Assembly (NCBI GenBank): GCA_965612865.1
Contig: CBFDTJ010000041.1
Span: 1-13,370 of the forward strand
DNA: 13,370 nucleotides
Direction: 5' to 3'
Source of the DNA: an uncultured bacterium
GTDB lineage: Bacteria > Caldisericota > Caldisericia > B22-G15
This document shows, in pieces, positions 8,140-13,370 of the stretch. The notes below the pieces were generated by a model. That model had not been told where the DNA came from, made no database searches, and was given only the letters and a program-made list of their open reading frames with translations. Position numbers and translations under genes: made by a program. Within the stretch, counting starts at the first letter, position 1; the number at the start of each line of letters is the position of its first letter.

Positions 8140-9324
8140 TTACTCCTTTAGAAGCACTTTTATACCGGGTAGTTCCTTCCCTTCAAGGAACCTTAATAAT
8201 GCTCCACCGCCTGTGGAGACATGAGTCATCTTATTCAGCAATCCAAATTTGTTCAAGGCTGAGATTGTATCTCCACCTCCAACAACCTTTGTGTATTTAT
8301 TCTCAGAAACTGCAGTAGCAATTGCTCTGGTTCCATCTGCGAAATCCTCCATCTCATAAACTCCCATTGGTCCACTCCAGAAGATGGTTTTCCCTTTTTC
8401 TATTTCTTCAGTAAAGAGTTTTATGGTTTTTGGTCCAATATCCAGCCCATACCAATCGTAAGGTATCTTTTCTACTGGCACAACCCTTTTATCTGCTCCC
8501 TCCTTCAATTCCTCTGCCACATGTATATCAAGGGGAAGCAAAAGTTTAACATTCTTTTCACTGGCTTCAGTTAAAACCTCTTTTGCAACGTTCTCCATTT
8601 CTTTTTCAAATATGGAGCTTCCAATACCATACCCCTCTGCTTTTATAAAGGTGAAGGCAGCACCTCCCCCTATAAGTACGGTATCAACTTTATTCAAAAG
8701 GTTTTTTAGTACTCCAATTTTATCGGATATTTTAGCTCCCCCTATAATAAGTACAAAAGGTCTTTCAGGTTCTTCAATAAGTTTTGATAAGAAACTTACC
8801 TCTTTCTCCATCAGGAATCCAGCAAAGGAGGGAAGGATTGTGGGAAGAACGAAAACTGATGCATGTGCTCTATGTGCCACAGCAAAGGCATCACTTACAT
8901 ATATATCTCCCAGTTCTGCAAGTTCTTCTGCAAATTTTTCATCAGCGCTTTCTTCACCAGGATAAAACCTCAGATTTTCAAGCATCAATACTTCTCCGTC
9001 TTTCAGAGAGGCGCATGCCTCTTTTACCTTCTCTCCTATACAGTCATCAATAAATTTTACTTCCTTTCCTATAATTTCAGAAAGTTTTTCTGAGACAGGT
9101 TTTAAAGAAAAGGAAGAGATTTTTCTTCCTTTAGGTCTTCCAAGATGGGAGATTATTATTACTCTGCCACCTTCTTTAAGAAGATGGGTTAATGTAGGTA
9201 TGGTAGCTCTTATTCTTGTATTATCTCTTACTCTCCCATCATCAGTAAGGGGGACATTATAGTCCACCCTGTAAAGAATTCTTTTTCCCTTCAAACTTAC
9301 CTCTTTCAGAGTTTTTAACTGCAT
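8140..9324 (-). CDS. pgk: Phosphoglycerate kinase
   Basis: 394 aa. RVDYNVPL, SHLGRPKG, LENLRF, DAFAVAHRAHAS, GGAKISDKI, LDIGPKT, GPMGVYE, VGGGDT, HVSTGGGA. Confidence 0.98.
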   Translation of the reverse strand: MQLKTLKEVSLKGKRILYRVDYNVPLTDDGRVRDNTRIRATIPTLTHLLKEGGRVIIISHLGRPKGRKISSFSLKPVSEKLSEIIGKEVKFIDDCIGEKVKEACASLKDGEVLMLENLRFYPGEESADEKFAEELAELGDIYVSDAFAVAHRAHASVFVLPTILPSFAGFLMEKEVSFLSKLIEEPERPFVLIIGGAKISDKIGVLKNLLNKVDTVLIGGGAAFTFIKAEGYGIGSSIFEKEMENVAKEVLTEASEKNVKLLLPLDIHVAEELKEGADKRVVPVEKIPYDWYGLDIGPKTIKLFTEEIEKGKTIFWSGPMGVYEMEDFADGTRAIATAVSENKYTKVVGGGDTISALNKFGLLNKMTHVSTGGGALLRFLEGKELPGIKVLLKE

Positions 9325-11576
<2,252 letters not shown>

Positions 11577-11599
<23 letters not shown>

Positions 11600-12500
11600 C
11601 CTTTAACTTCTCCTTTATCTTTAAGATTCTCCTCAATCTATGATTGAGGGCAGATTTGGAGATTCCAATAATACCTGCAACCTCTCTCAAGCTCTTGTCA
11701 GGATATTTAAGTCTTACCTCAGCTGCTTTCTTTAGAGCAGGAGTGAGATTGTTGAAAACTCCTTCTTTCTTTAAGAAAAGTATAGCATCTCTAATTTTTA
11801 AATATGAATCTACAATCTTTCCTATGTTCCGCATCTCATAGTTTATCTTTGTTGTGAGGGATTCCTTTAGGTCCATTTTTATTTCCTGATCGAGGAGGGA
11901 GAGAAAAGAAGAAGATGCACCTATAAATCCGAGGAATTCCTTAATTCCATTTCTTGACTGAAGGTAAAGGACTCTTTTGTTTCTTCTTATCCTTGACTTG
12001 AAGTTAAAGTGGAGTATCTGAACAAGTTCCATTATTTCAAAGAAGGAGGAATCTTCAGAGAGTCTCAGTTCGAGGTAGTACTCTTTCCTTGGGTCTGTAA
12101 CTGTTCCACATCCAAGAAACACACCTCTTAAAAATGCAGATGCTTCCTTCTCGCTTTTGGGTTTAAAGTGTACCTTAAGGTCATCATTATCTATTATTCC
12201 AGAAAGAAAGAAGTTTCTCTTATTAAAGCTGTGTATAAGTTTATAAAATTTCCGTCTTTTACCTTTCTCCACGAGAACCTCTCTTTCATTACCCATGATC
12301 TTCTTTGATAAGAGGATAATCCTTCTTAATATTTGAGGATCTGTGGATTTAAAAACTATATCAATGGAATCCCTTTTAAGTACCACAAGACCAGATGCAA
12401 GAAGTATGCCTTTTACTTCTGCAAGAATTTCATCTTCATTTATGGGTTGAAAGGAGATAAGCTCCTTCTTAACAAGAGAGGTAAAGGAGGGTTCTCTCAT
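11577..12500 (-). CDS. whiA: DNA-binding protein WhiA (degenerate LAGLIDADG domains + HTH)
   Basis: 307 aa. SFTSLVKKEL, AFLRGVFLGCGTVTDPRKEYYLEL, C-terminal YPDKSLREV...SKSALNHRLRRI. Follows yvcK as in the conserved rapZ-yvcK-whiA cluster. Confidence 0.93.
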
Positions 12501-13299
12501 TTTTTAATAATCTTTAAGAGGGTCTCTTTTATTTTGTTTGGGTCGTGTCTTATGTATCCCTCTTCTATCTTTACAAAATTACCTTTAATCACCTTTAAGC
12601 CCATTTCTTTAAGTTTTTCTTCATCCACATATACAGGTTTGGAATCATATCTTTCATACTTTTTGAGATAAAATTCAGGGATTTTGCCTGTGTTTACAAT
12701 AATGTAATCAAAAATTTTTCCATTTGTGTGTTCAAATATCTTTTTAACATGCATGGAGGCAGTGAAGTTATCTGTTTCCCCCTTCTCTGTCATTATGTTA
12801 AGTATATATACCTTTTTTGCTCTGGTCTTTTTCAACGCTGTTATAATAGGTCCAAAGAGAAGGGGTGGTATAACTGATGAGAACAAACTCCCCGGTCCAA
12901 AGGTTATAAGTTCTGCATTTTCAATTTCAGAAAGAACCCTTATAGTTGGCTTTGCGTATGGTGGCTCTATGTATATTTTTTCAATTGTTCCACCCTTTCT
13001 TCTTATGTTTGTTTCACCAACAATCCTTTCTCCATCATCAAATTCTCCGACAAGGGTAAGCACACTTTCAGATACAGGAATAACTCTCCCTGAGAGATTA
13101 AGAGCTTCCTCAAGTTCACTTACTCCAAGAAGAAGCCCACCCTTTAACTTCATTGAAGCTGCTATTATGAGATTTCCAAGGGAGTGTCCCTGAAGGGTTT
13201 CACCTTCCTTAAATCTGTACTGGAAGAGGTCTTTTAAGAATTCCTCACTCTCTGAAAGTGCAGCAATACAGTTTCTCAAGTCCCCTGGCGGTGGAATTC
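12497..13299 (-). CDS. yvcK: YvcK/GlmR family (UPF0052, CofD-like) protein, 5'-partial
   Basis: Frame stays open upstream of the track's TTG (13279), reading IPPPGDLRNC up to the adapter junction. Also GHSLGNLII, GETNI, GPGSLFSSVIP, NIMTEKGET, IRHDP. N-terminal part missing because the insert ends. Confidence 0.93.
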
Positions 13300-13370
13300 C
13301 TGTCTCTTATACACATCTCCGAGCCCACGAGACTAGGCATGATCTCGTATGCCGTCTTCTGCTTGAAAAA
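13300..13370 (+). other. Illumina Nextera adapter (technical artefact): mosaic end + read-2 primer site + i7 index N706 + P7 complement
   Basis: CTGTCTCTTATACACATCT at 13300-13318; CCGAGCCCACGAGAC at 13319-13333; index TAGGCATG (N706) at 13334-13341; ATCTCGTATGCCGTCTTCTGCTTG at 13342-13365; then AAAAA. Confidence 0.99.

Noticed and set aside
8130..8170. Thermotoga-like programmed frameshift fusing pgk to the next gene
   Set aside because: pgk ends in a clean TAA and the next gene is trxB, not tpi, with its own SD and ATG.
8476..8878. TGGCAC hexamers (plus strand near 8476, minus strand near 8878) as sigma-54 -24 boxes
   Set aside because: Neither has TTGC at the required spacing and both lie inside pgk coding sequence.
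12497..13279. yvcK as a short 260-aa protein or pseudogene starting at TTG 13279
   Set aside because: That TTG is the Leu of the conserved PPGDLRNC motif. The frame is open to the adapter junction, so the truncation is technical.

Overview
Bases 74-13299 are a low-GC bacterial core-chromosome segment. It carries 14 tightly packed minus-strand housekeeping genes, in transcription order: yvcK (5'-truncated), whiA, rpoN, gap, pgk, trxB, ftsE, ftsX, a coiled-coil M23 peptidase, an S41 protease, gmk, rpoZ, coaBC, asnS. Both ends are untrimmed Illumina Nextera library sequence, not biology: P5 + i5 + Tn5 mosaic end at 1-73, and mosaic end + i7 + P7 at 13300-13370. Codon and amino-acid usage suggest a thermophile (inference). 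I found no mobile element, CRISPR array, RNA gene or clearly novel system. The leads most worth checking are a sigma-54 with atypical signature motifs wedged between whiA and gap, a CoaC domain lacking the canonical catalytic Cys/Asn pair, an FtsEX-linked M23 protein with intact zinc ligands next to an S41 protease, and a gene array with only 33 intergenic bases. All calls come from motif recognition by eye; no searches were run.
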